DNA of 64,000 nucleotides, taken from contig MU054220.1 of the NCBI GenBank assembly GCA_013239625.1, positions 1,789,509-1,853,508 on the forward strand, given 5' to 3'. The translations under genes were made by a program, and so were the position numbers. This document shows, one piece after another, positions 45,456-56,686 of the stretch. Every line of letters begins with the position of its first letter. Positions within the stretch are counted from its first letter, which is position 1. This DNA is from Lama guanicoe. Its lineage: Eukaryota. The notes beneath the pieces were generated by a model that searched no databases, was not told the DNA's origin, and worked only from the letters and a program-made list of their open reading frames with translations.

Positions 45456-46122
45456 TGTGAATGAAAAATGTTGCCTCCATATCAGTAAACAAAGGGTGTT
45501 GCAGCCATCAAGCCACCACACTGCAGCCACCCCCAATGGTGAGTCCTGAGGGAACTCAGGATGGAAACAGGATGCCCACCATCAAGCCATCAGACACTGC
45601 AGCCACCCCCAATGGTGAGTCCTGAGGGAACTCAGGATGGAAACAGGATGCCCACCATCAAGCCATCAGACACTGCAGCCACCCCCAATGGTGAGTCCTG
45701 AGGGAACTCAGGATGGAAACAGGATGCCCACCATCAAGCCATCAGCCACTGCAGCCACCCCCGAAGATATACCCTGAGGAGACTCAGGGTGGGAAATCAC
45801 AGGGTACTGACCCTAGATTGCTGAGGTGCATATCAAAGGAATGATTTCAATGAGCCCAGATTCTTACATCTTCCTATACATAGAAAAGTGCTAAACTCCT
45901 TGAAATGTCTGCTTTTCTTTAATTAACAGTAATCTTTTGATGTTCCAACTATCTTCTGTCTTCGACTTTGTTGCAAAAACTCCTATATATCCTAGCTCCT
46001 TTCATAGTCCCTTAGGGTTATTTGAGAGGCTTTCTCCGGGGCTTGAAGGCTTCAGAAAGTCCACCAAATAAAACATAATTCTCAACTTTTAGGCTGTGCT
46101 TTTTTTTTTTTTTCAGTTGACA
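45456..46122 (+). mobile_element. Solo ERV LTR (TG...CA, 4-bp TSD AATC), inserted in a MIR
   Basis: Begins TGTGAA, ends TTGACA; AATC at 45452-45455 and 46123-46126; TATATA ~45984 and AATAAA ~46067; MIR-like sequence rejoins across it. Confidence 0.8.
45507..45800. repeat. 76-bp tandem repeat, 3 near-identical copies plus a degenerate 4th
   Basis: GGAACTCAGGATGGAAACAGG recurs at 45551, 45627 and 45703. Confidence 0.92.
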
Positions 46123-47149
46123 AATCCATTTTCCTACACTGTGACCTTGGACAAGTCACTTTCTCTCTCTGGGTTTGTTTTCTTATCTGCGAAGTAAGGG
46201 GGCTAGATTAGATCAGGGATTCAGAGTTGCTGATTTATGACGCCTATCGATGGTCTTCATGAGCCTCTTGAGATTATAAGCAAAATTCCATTTGTGTGTG
46301 TTTGTGTATGTAGACATTTTTCTGGAGGAGAGGGGACTAAATTTTCATCTGATTCATAGGGGACTTGTGACTAAATAAGAAGGTTAAGAACTATTTGACT
46401 ACTCATCCCTCAGCTCTCAATTTCTATTCACTCCTCCATAACAATTCTGGAAGCAAGGTTTAGATCCTGAGGTGTATATAAATAATTCAATCTGGACTCC
46501 TGGGGCAAGATAATGACCCTGCTTTCTCCAGTATGTTCAGATCAGGTTTTGTTTCTCCAGTGAACTGAGATAATTTGCTACTAGAGGGCAGATCTGAATC
46601 AAAGCATTCCAAGGGCCTAAGATCTGACCTCCTGGAGCTGTGAGTCACTCCTAGCTCAGAATCACAAAGCACTAAAGCCAAGCTGGCAGCACCTTTATCC
46701 TAATGGTCAATGCCAAGGCCCTCTTGGCCCTCTGATTCTGCAGAAATCCCATCTACTCTCACTTTATGATATGTCCCTTGCCTTACTCCTATGTATCTCC
46801 CCATTGGTCTGAAATTCCTCCCCTAGGGATTCAGTGCTTTGGTTTTGCAGTCTGAGCAACCCAACTCCTTTGAGAAGAGGCATGTCATCGAGATTCTAAT
46901 TAACTAAAACTTAGAAGTGAACGGATGGGAAGGCAGGAAAAGAACTGGAAGGGTAAGTGAAAGGGTTCCTTAAGCTTTGCTCAGGGCATGAGCAGCAGAC
47001 TAGACTGGGACCAACCTCAGGGGCACAGGGAGGCCAAAGGGCTGTTTACACGCTGTGCCCTGCACTCCAAACAAGGCTTCTTCCGGGGAAGAGAGCCAGG
47101 CCAAAGCTCAAATTCCACCCGAAGGCAGAGGTGTGGAAAGAGGCGCCCT

Positions 47150-47820
47150 ATACCAACCCTCGCCCCAATTCTGCACCCGCTCTAGCTCTGGGTTAGCCCA
47201 GGCAGCACTCCAGCCCGAGGGGGAGCTCGCTCTCCCGGCCACCATACAAGAGCCACCCTGGTACCGGGCGTCCGCGGGCAGAGGCAAACCCGAGCTCAGG
47301 GTTCTCTTTACCAACACAAGGTCTTCAAGCTCTTTCTGCCGCGCGAGGTTGAGCTACATTCCCACGCTCCTCCGCCACCGCCGAATAGCGAACCTCCTAC
47401 AGGAATTCCCTCCCAGATTCCTCCTCCCACTACCCCTGCCCCTCCTTTAGCAAGATGGCGGCGAGCGCATTTCCGGCGTGTCCTTAAGGGTGCGTCCGGG
47501 CGGATGCTGCAAGTGCTGCCCCGAGGGTTCCAGCCACTTTGCTGCATAGACTACAGAGGTGATGGCGGGCAGACGGTTTGGCTGGAGCCGAGCGGCTCTT
47601 CTCCAGCTCCTTCTTGGAGTGAACCTGATGGTGATGCCACCTACCCAGGCCCGGAGTCTGCGCTTCGTTACCTTGGTAATGAGACATGGGGTCGCCAAAG
47701 GGCTCGCCAGCGCTAGGAGGGCACCGGCCTGCGGGGGGAAGGAGGGGCGGGGCTTTGCTGCGGTCAGCGGTCTGGAGGAGCTGGTTTAGGAGGAGACGAC
47801 TAACCTGCGGGGTTGGGGGC
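47150..47820. promoter_or_regulatory. ACP2: CpG island, ACP2 promoter (probably bidirectional)
   Basis: CpG-rich; YY1 motif CAAGATGGCGGC 47451-47462 and ETS motif ATTTCCGG 47469-47476 just upstream of the ATG at 47562. Confidence 0.75.
47562..47675 (+). CDS. ACP2: ACP2 exon 1 (MAGRRFGWS...RSLRFVTL)
   Basis: GTGATGG start context, TTG|gtaatg donor. Confidence 0.94.
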
Positions 47821-50800
47821 CTGGGGTTGGAATTCTTGTGAAGCCCTGGGGTATCTTGGGGGCAGGGCGTAAGGAGTTCTAAGTCAGGGAATAGGTTGGG
47901 TAAGTCTGTCCTGGGACAGGGATGTAGTCGAAAGGTTAAAAGACGCACTTCTAAAGAAGCCTTTGGTGATTTTTTTCCAGTTTCCCCCACCATCTGCATT
48001 GTTTTTCTCTTTTCCTTTCCCATCTGTACCTTTGGTTTTTTGCCTATGGTCTTAAGTGGCATTGCTTAGCCAAGTTAGGATCTCTGGAACCTGGAAGAAG
48101 TTATTGACTTCTGAGTTGGGGTCTTTTGCAGAGGGTAGAGGTGAGGCTTACCTCCCGACATGGGGCAGAGGTGGAGCCCTGTGTCTGCATCAAGGACATC
48201 CTTCTAACTGTAGGTAACCACTTTCTTTCCTCAGCTGTACCGACATGGAGACCGTTCCCCAGTGAAGACATATCCCAAGGACCCCCATCAGGAAGACAAA
48301 TGGCCCCAGGGGTTTGGTCAGCTAACCAAGGTAGGTCAGAAGCCAGCTCTCCCTCAGGATGAGTGACTTCTAGAGCAGGCTGCAGAACCTGGGGCCTCAC
48401 CAAACTGCTATTTCCTTTGTGGGTGCTGACTCTGACCACACTTCTTAACCTTACTTTCATGTGTACTCAGATCAAAATGGTTGTATACCATGCCATGCAC
48501 TTAATAAATGACTTCTGGGATAAGATTAACCCACTCCTACTTCAAGCCAGAAACTTGGAAAGCAACATTGGCTAAGCCCTCTGGGACCTGTGAGCCATCT
48601 CTTCCTTCTGGGCCTCTTAACCCTTGGGTTTGTCCACAGGAGGGGATGCTCCAACACTGGGAGCTGGGCCAGGCTCTGCGACAGCGCTACAATGGCTTCC
48701 TCAACACCTCTTACCTACGGCAAGAGGTAAGGCTGGGAGCTTGAGAGACAAGGGGCATGGGATCTGCTCTTTTCACCCTCTGCCCTCAGGGAGCTTAAGG
48801 GTGAGGCTGAGCACTCTGGCCTCCTGTCATGCATTTTTGGTTACAGCTACAGGACAAGACATCCAAGGGCTGTCTAGAACAAAACCCTAGAGGCTGAGTT
48901 GCCCCTGCTTGGCTTGGGAAGAGGCAAAACTGATCAAGCATCCAAGCTTAGACTTAAGGTCCTGGCAGAATAGTTTCTGATGCTGTAAAATAACTCAAGC
49001 TTTCCATCCAAGTCTCACTACTGTGAGCCAGGCACTATGCTAGCACTGAATGTAATGGTACACCATACAGATATGATCTTTGTTTCTAGATGTTGTTAAT
49101 GTTTCCTTGAGGGCCAGCCCTATCCTGACCTTGCCCTTCCTCTCAGCTTCTTCCTCCCTTTTCACAATTATCTCTGTTCCTATCTTATTTCCTCTCCTGG
49201 TCTCTAAGCCTGTTATAAACCTGTGATTGGAGATAGTTTCTACCCTCAAGGACTCTGGCCTAGATAGGAAGACAGGTGTGGTTATAAAACCAGGAAGACA
49301 GACCGACAGACCTGAGAGCCTTATTGACTAAGCACTTTGGACTGGGAGGGGCATTTGAACTAGAACCATTCCCAAAGAAGTTCTTCACAGGCTGGGGACA
49401 GTCAATCCTCAGGTGAGTGTTTGGACCTTGGCTGGGAAGAGGGACAGGGAAGGCCAGAGAGAGGGAGAGGGCCAGATGCATGGTGGATTCACATTCTGCT
49501 GGGTAACCATCAAGAACAGGTCCTCCTCTGGGGCCCCACTGAGGGGCCAGAGCTCCACAACCCTGTCCCCACAGGTGGGGCTCGTGTTGTCATCTCTCCA
49601 GGTTTATGTGCGAAGCACAGACTTTGACCGGACCCTAATGAGTGCTGAGGCCAACCTGGCTGGACTCTTCCCTCCCAACGGGATGCAGCGCTTTAACCCA
49701 AACATCTCTTGGCAGCCTATCCCCGTCCACACTGTGCCCATTGCCGAAGACAAGGTAAGACTGGCCAGCCCTTCCCTGGAGATGGTGGGAGGGACAGCTC
49801 TGGCCACTGGCCCACTGATCCCTGATTCCTTCTCTGCCTCTGCGTTCCCTCTTCGGTCTGCAGCTGCTGAAGTTCCCGTTGGGCCCATGTCCCCGTTTTG
49901 AGCAGCTGCAGAATGAGACCCGGCGGACACCAGAGTATCAGAATGAGAGTATTCAGAATGCAGTGAGTAGGGCTGAGGTGGAGGTCACCACACTGCCCTT
50001 TCCCCCAGAGCAGGACCAATTCCCTGATCCGTTTTTCGTAGCAATTTCTGGATATGGTGGCCAACGAGACAGGGCTTACGGACCTGACCCTGGAGACCGT
50101 CTGGAATGTCTACGACACACTCTTCTGTGAGGTGAGCTGGCTCAGGGTCCCCCGGTGTGACTGCTTTTCTCACACCTCAGCAGGCCCAGGTGACCGGGCC
50201 CATAGAACACAGTGCTTGTATACCATTCCCACGGGAGGTCCAGGCAAGCCGCCTCTTGTGAAACAAGGGAACTTCCCTCATGCGTGAAGAAGAACCTCAG
50301 AGTGGGAAATAGTTTATTGATCGTCAGCAGTTCCTGCTTCTCTCCACCCAGAGCTCTCATGGTATCTGACTCCGTCCTGCTGAGTCATCCTTTTTGTGCC
50401 CGAGCCTCCTCTCCTGTTCCCTGCAGCCTCGACACGGTCCATCATGTCTCCTGGTTCTAGCTCCTGTGTCTCTCCCCTCCCTCCCCTCACACACACACAC
50501 AAGCACCATCCCACCAGGGAAGGGAGCTGCTCCGGGGAGAGGCTCTGGCCTCGGTGGGGAGCTAACCTGCCCGCTACCATACACAGCAAACACACAGTCT
50601 GGTCCTGCCGCCCTGGGCCTCGCCCCAAACCATGCAGCGTCTGAGCCGGCTCAAGGACTTCAGCTTCCGCTTCCTCTTCGGGATCTACGAGCAGGCGGAA
50701 AAGGCCCGGCTGCAGGGGGGTGAGTGACAAGAGCAGCATGTCACTCCCCTGTTCAGCACCCTACAGCATCAGAAATCTGCTGTTTGGGCCTCTCACGTGC

Positions 50801-53800
50801 TTCCTTCTCTACCTGAGATGTTCTCTGCTCTTTCAGGACTGGATCCCCCTAGTTCTCCCGTTAGTCATCAAAGTCTCCTCAGTTCTCCAAGTGCTTAGCA
50901 CGTTTGTCAGTGTATGACCACAACTAGGTTTGCATGTCTCATTTCTGCCATTCATATTCTTAAGTTTCACCCGTGTCAGGGGACCCTCCCCCTCCTCAAA
51001 TGAATACCTATCCCCAGAGGACCACTGGGGGCCGCTTTGAAAGAAGGCTGAGAGTAATACACACGCCAGTTTCCTGATTTGAACACCCAACGGTGTGCCA
51101 GCTGGCATACCTTTCTGACATCTCAGTAGTTTTCAGAGCCTGCACATGACAGAGTTCCCCTGGCCTGGAGTCAGCATCTTGTGTGCTCTGAAGCAGTCTT
51201 AAGTTGATATTTATCCCCAGCTGGAATAAGTCTTCAAACATGGGCAGGGCCTTATTGTAGCTCATTTATAAATAAATGGGCAGGTTTCTCCATCTGTGTT
51301 GAACTATAAATAGATATCTTGTTTTATCTTGCTGCTTTCTGTAAATGTGGAAGTTTGCAGACAGCAGGGGGTGCTGTAGAGTCCCTGTGTGGTTGCCATG
51401 AACCTAAAGCGTTCTCTGTGCTGGGGATCAGACTCAGGACTGTCGGAGGGTGAGAGGACCACAGAGAGGTCTGGTCAGAAGACCGAGTGGCTGTAGCCAC
51501 TGACGCTGGGGACTTTTATCCTTCAGGAGTCCTGCTGGCTCAGATACGGAAGAACCTGACCCTGATGGCAACCACCTCCCAACTCCCTAAGCTGCTGGTC
51601 TACTCTGCGGTAAGCTCCCACCCTCCCCAGCTTGCTAACGTCCCTCGGGGAGCTGGGTCTCTTCTCGAGTCTCTTCTCTCTTCAGTGCTGGGCGTGGGGC
51701 AGTGCTGATGGGGAGCCCTTCTCCCTTACAGCATGACACCACTCTGGTTGCTCTGCAAATGGCTCTGGACGTCTACAATGGTGAACAAGCCCCCTACGCG
51801 TCCTGCCACATATTTGAACTGTACCAGGAAGATAACGGGTGAGTGGAGCTACCAGTCTGCCCTCAGGAGGGGCACCTTACGTGGTGGCTGTGGGCAGCCT
51901 GAGGACCCCGTTATTGGCCTGGTGAGCAGCTCCCATCTTGTCTCCCATGAACCCTCAGGAATTTCTCAGTGGAGATGTACTTTCGGAACGAGAGTAAGAA
52001 GGCCCCCTGGCCACTGACCCTGCCTGGCTGCCCTCACCGCTGCCCCCTACAGGACTTCCTTCGCCTCACGGAGCCTGTCGTGCCCAAGGATTGGCAGCAG
52101 GAGTGCCAGCTGGCAAGCGGTACTGCAGACACAGGTGAGCTGCTACCTGCTTCTCTGCCAGCCGTGTCGCAGGACAACTTTCACTTCATACCCACAGGTC
52201 TCGAGAGAGTGGACACACTTCCTGTCATCTTGTTTCATGTCCCTAGACTGTTCACCTTTCCACCCTGAGACCTACTCCTTGCCCTCAGCGGACGCCCCTT
52301 CTCACACCACTGAGAAAACAAAGTGACCTGGAGAGAATCGTCTCATTCTCCCGCCACCAGGTCTTCCAGCTTACTTGCTGGTACGAGCCACCGCATTGGG
52401 CCAGCCTTCCACTTACACTCTGGGTCTGTCTCTTCTCACCTCCACACGGACCCCTGATGCTCAGTGTTTCCACTCTGCCGGATCAGTCCCATCTCAGAGC
52501 CTAACAAAAGCCTCTTTGGCCCATACCTCTCTCCAGCTACCACTCCACTTCTTTCTCCCCTTGTAGAGTAGAATCCTTCAAACAGTTGCCTAGACTCTGG
52601 TGTTGCTTCCTCACCTCCCCATCTCTCAGACTCGTGCTGGAAATCTTGTGTTACCTGCCACTCCATGGAAGCCCCTCTTGTTAAGGACCAATGACCTCTT
52701 ACCAAAGCCAGTGACCAATTCTTAGTCAGGTTCTCTTGACCTCTCAGCAGCATTACAGAATTGGTCACTCCTTCCTTAAACACTTTCTTGGCTTCTCTGG
52801 TTTTTCTCCTAAGTCACAGGTAGCTTCCTTATTGGCTTCTCCTCCCGACTAACCAGTGGATGGCCCAGGGCTCTTCTTGGCCCTTTCCCCATCGATGCCT
52901 ACTCCCAAGGTGAGCTTATCCAGCCTTATGGCTTTAGGTACCATCTCCATGCTGAGTTCTGTCTTTTTATGACTCACAGATTCATGACCTCTTCTCTGAG
53001 CTGCAGACTTACATATCCAGCTGCTGACTTGAGGTCTCTACATGGATGTCAACTAAGGCTTCTCACAGTTGAAGTCTAAAACCAAATGCTCTTCCCCCAA
53101 ATCTGCTCTTCCTCCAGGATTCCCCATCTTAGTAAATGCTGCATTAGCACCTAGGTGCATAGCATAACCCCAGGAGCTATCTTGAATACACTTTCTCAGA
53201 CCTCACGTCCAATCCACTAGCAGGTCCTATCAGCCCAGTCTTTCAAGCCCAAGCTCTCACTCCCTAGTCCAGTCTACCATCATCTCTTGCCTGAATTACT
53301 GAAAAGCTTCCTAATGTTCTTACTGGGTCTACTCTTTTTGTTTTGGGGGGCGGTAATTAGGTTTTCTTATTTATTTGGTTTCTTTATTTTTTATTACTAT
53401 AATGTCGAATTATTAATTTACTTATTGGTTTATTTATTATTAATAGAGGTACTGGGGATTGAAGTGGGGACCTTGTGCATGTTAGGCATGCACTCTACCA
53501 CTGAGCTACACCCTCCCTGCTCACTGGTTCTGTTCTTGGCCCTACCAGTCTATCAGCACAGCAGAGTTAATTTTTTAAAAACATAAATCAGTCCCCTTCA
53601 CTACCCTTCTCAGAATCTTCCAGTGGCTTCCCATCACATTTGGAATAAAATCCCAAGTTATTGACCATGGCCTTTCAGGCCCTACTTGGTCTGGTCCTCT
53701 GCCCTCATCTCCTACTTGCCCCTCATGTACTCTGCTCTAGCCATACTGACTTTCTTGCTGGTCCTAGAATATGCCAAGCTGATTCCCTTCTGCATTCGCT

Positions 53801-54319
53801 TCCTGTCCTCCCCTCCCCACCCCCCTCCCTGAGGACACTCTTCTCTCAGATCTTTTGTATGTCTCGCTCAGTGACTCCAGGTCTCTGTTCAAATTGTCAC
53901 TTTCTCCGTGACACCTTCCCTGACTGACCTACGTCTCTCTCCCTCATTTCCCCCTTACCTTGTTTTATTTTCTTTATGGCATTTGCCACTAACCTATCAT
54001 TTCTATAATTTGCCTGTGGATGGCATCTCCTCTCCTAGAAGGTAAATTCCACGAAGGCAGGCTTCGTCTTGGCCAGCTGTGATACCCTCACTGTAAGAAC
54101 AGCACCGGCATGTAGTGGGCACTCATATTTGTTGAATGAACACTGACGTGACCTTTCTCTCCCCCTCACCCAACCCGGTGCTCAGAGGTGATTGTGGCCT
54201 TGGCTGTATGTGGCTCCATCCTCTTCCTTCTCATAGTGCTGCTCCTCACCGTCCTCTTCCGGATGCAGGCCCAGCCCCCTGGCTACCGCCACATCGCAGA
54301 CGGGGAGGATCATGCCTGA
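47562..54319 (+). CDS. ACP2: Lysosomal acid phosphatase, complete, 11 exons, 423 aa
   Basis: Signal peptide; histidine-phosphatase motif RHGDRSP; catalytic HD; TM helix; GYRHI lysosomal sorting motif. Exons 114+96+87+153+99+90+133+83+107+176+134 = 1272 nt. Confidence 0.98.
48235..48330 (+). CDS. ACP2: ACP2 exon 2 ([14 protein letters not shown]...GQLTK)
   Basis: cctcag|CT ... AAG|gtaggt. Confidence 0.96.
48640..48726 (+). CDS. ACP2: ACP2 exon 3 ([10 protein letters not shown]...LRQE)
   Basis: ccacag|GA ... GAG|gtaagg. Confidence 0.95.
49602..49754 (+). CDS. ACP2: ACP2 exon 4 ([15 protein letters not shown]...AEDK)
   Basis: ctccag|GT ... AAG|gtaaga. Confidence 0.95.
49864..49962 (+). CDS. 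ACP2: ACP2 exon 5 ([12 protein letters not shown]...IQNA)
   Basis: ctgcag|CT ... GCA|gtgagt. Confidence 0.95.
50042..50131 (+). CDS. ACP2: ACP2 exon 6 ([11 protein letters not shown]...TLFCE)
   Basis: tcgtag|CA ... GAG|gtgagc. Confidence 0.95.
50587..50719 (+). CDS. ACP2: ACP2 exon 7 ([13 protein letters not shown]...ARLQG)
   Basis: acacag|CA ... GGG|gtgagt. Confidence 0.93.
51527..51609 (+). CDS. ACP2: ACP2 exon 8 ([10 protein letters not shown]...LVYSA)
   Basis: cttcag|GA ... GCG|gtaagc. Confidence 0.95.
51732..51838 (+). CDS. ACP2: ACP2 exon 9 ([13 protein letters not shown]...YQEDN)
   Basis: ttacag|CA ... CGG|gtgagt. Confidence 0.95.
51959..52134 (+). CDS. ACP2: ACP2 exon 10 ([12 protein letters not shown]...TADT)
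   Basis: cctcag|GA ... CAG|gtgagc. Confidence 0.95.
52600..54135. mobile_element. L2 LINE remnant in ACP2 intron 10
   Basis: L2 3' hallmarks (CTTCCAGTGGCTTCCCAT, ATATTTGTTGAATGAA terminus). Confidence 0.65.
53335..53517 (-). mobile_element. tRNA-derived SINE (Vic-1-like) inserted in an L2
   Basis: Reverse complement of GGGAGGGTGTAGCTCAGTGGTAGAGTGCATG...CCCCAGTACCTC and the AATTACC tail. Confidence 0.82.
54186..54319 (+). CDS. ACP2: ACP2 exon 11 (TM helix and GYRHI tail, ...GEDHA*)
   Basis: gctcag|AG acceptor; TGA 54317-54319. Confidence 0.95.
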
Positions 54320-55196
54320 CAACCACTCAGCCCCCTTCCCTCTGCCTCCTAGGGGAGGTGGGCTGGGCCCTTGCACCTGACACTGCTGCTCCCCAGCCCA
54401 TGGACAAAAGACCCTGGGTTGGGCCTCCCCCTGACTACCCCAACCTAGATGAACAAGTGGGGCTCAGCTTGGTCCATGGCACCTCACTCAGCATTCATGT
54501 GCCTGATGTTTACCAAGTACTGTGTTGGACATTGGCTTTCTCTAAACAGGATTTGCCTGCTCTATGCTCCCCTAAGGACCTGAAATGTAGACAGGTATTG
54601 AGGTTTCACTCAGGACCTGGGATAAAAAAGACTGAAGGAGTTGGTGCTTGATCTGCTTTGCCTCTCCATCAAGCTCTGCTCACTCTTCCAGCCTGGAGTC
54701 CTTGGCAAATGGCCCAGAGGACACAGTCTTGCCTCTCAGTGCTTATTTTAGTGGGAAAAATTGCACAACATTGGGGGTCTAGTACTAACACTGGCCACCA
54801 AGGAACTGGATCACCCAATAGCCAGCCAAGTTTTCCTTTGTTCAGCTGAAGCCACCTTTAGAGTCAGACATGATGCTTCTGATCTTTGTCAGCCCTGCAG
54901 TTTGAGCAGGTCAGAAGGATGTTTGTACTTGGGAAAGAGTCAAGGAGGTGGGGAGGGTGGACTGTGGTACTGAATCATGAAACTACTATCCCTGTCAGCT
55001 GGGCTGGGATCTCCAGGGACCCGAGGTATGTGCAGCTGGACAGCTCTTGACTGTGGCCCAGAATAGGGCTGAGACAGAGAATGAAGATTTTGGACTCAGT
55101 GCTGTTCCTATGCCTTGTCTTCATTTTGGGGACCTGAGAAGCCCTTTGAACAGGTCAGTGCTGGAAGATCCACTCAGAAGCTCAATTGGGTATGGT

Positions 55197-55202
55197 TTTA
55201 TT
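55197..55202 (-). terminator. DDB2: DDB2 polyadenylation signal AATAAA
   Basis: First minus-strand AATAAA after the DDB2 stop (~320 nt). Confidence 0.7.
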
Positions 55203-55522
55203 GGCTATGTCAATAGTGAGCGCAAATCAAAACCCACTACCTGATCACTCTGCCACTGTGTGTCAGAGAGGAGAAAGACAAGAAGCTTGGCTGCAGGATA
55301 GATACAGCAGCGACCCTTGGGGCAGCTGGGTCGCCAACTCTGGAGAAATTTCTGGAGCTAAGTCCCAAGCAGTAACATGCCAGTTTCCCAGTCCCAGTGC
55401 CCCTGCTCCAACCCTAAGGCTTGGATACCTCTGGCCCTTTAACACAAAGCCGCCTCTTCTCGCAGGACTTGTTCTCATGTGGCTCCAAGCCCTTGCTTGG
55501 CCCCCACCTTCATTAATGTCTC

Positions 55523-55572
55523 TCATTTCCGCATCCCAGTTTCCTCCTGGCTCCAAATGAGAATGTGATAAC
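55523..55572 (-). CDS. DDB2: DDB2 exon 10 ([15 protein letters not shown])
   Basis: ttctag|GT acceptor; TGA 55523-55525. Confidence 0.93.
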
Positions 55573-56655
55573 CTAGAAGGGATGAGACCAGTCTGACTCG
55601 CACCTTCCATTATTAGCCTCTGAGAATTTGGGGCTGGCCCAGGGAACCTAGGACTCGGTAAGGCGACACCAGGAAACTGGACAGCAACCAGGCACTGCTG
55701 TGACGAAGACAAAGCAGAAGGAATGAAGGGCCCAGGCCGAAGAGACCACTGTCTCCTGGTTATCTTCTTTACTGACTACAGCTCTGGGGTGAATGTGACA
55801 GGGCAAAGCTGGGGTTAGCCTGTACTGAACCTTGGGAAGTAGGGTGGGCTTGACCAGCCTGAGATACACTCACCCATCACGGAGGCCAGCGTGTCCCCCA
55901 TGGGATTGAACTCATTGAGCTGCAGAGACAAGGGGATAAGCATGAGGAGTGGGTGAAGGTATTGGGAGAACAGCACATGAGGACTAATTTCTGGTCATTT
56001 TTGGTCAATAAGGTAGGCTGAATCCCTGCTTCCTCCCATGATTTGAGGGCCCAAGCCTCACCGACATGATACCAGAAGATTCTGGGTCATACAGCTGATA
56101 CATCATCTTTCCTGAGCTTCCATCAAACACATCAATCGTCCTTAATTCATGGGGGGTACAACTTTTGAAATTAGGATCTGGGTATCGGCCCACGACAATG
56201 AGGTTGTACCGAGGATGCCAGGTTGCCTAGGAGATGGAGAGACTGGTCACAAGAGTAAATGCGGAACAGTCAAGAGGGCCATCAGAAGTGTCTTTGCCAC
56301 TAACAACGATTGTTAATACAACTGCCAAGTTAATAATGGTGATAAGACCTACATGAAATGACAGGAGTAATTTTCAAGTGCGTGTGCATCTACCACTGCA
56401 AATTTAAAATCCCCAGGTGGCCTCCCTGACCCTCAGAACACCTTCAGGCCTTCTCTCTCCTTTGTATTTCTGGGGATCATACCAAGTGATAAATGTTTTA
56501 ATTAACATCAGCCCGAGCCATTACCAAAGAGGTAACCCTACAACAAATTGAAAAGCATCTGATAACCAAAACCAAACAGGACGTAAGTTCTGAAGTAATC
56601 CCACTATTCTCCCTCTATCAACGTGAATGATGAGTTGAATAGAAAATGGCTAGTG

Positions 56656-56686
<31 letters not shown>

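Noticed and set aside
45507..45800. Palindromic direct repeats resembling a CRISPR array
   Set aside because: Whole 76-bp units repeat head-to-tail with no unique spacers, there are no cas genes, and the array lies inside an LTR in mammalian DNA.
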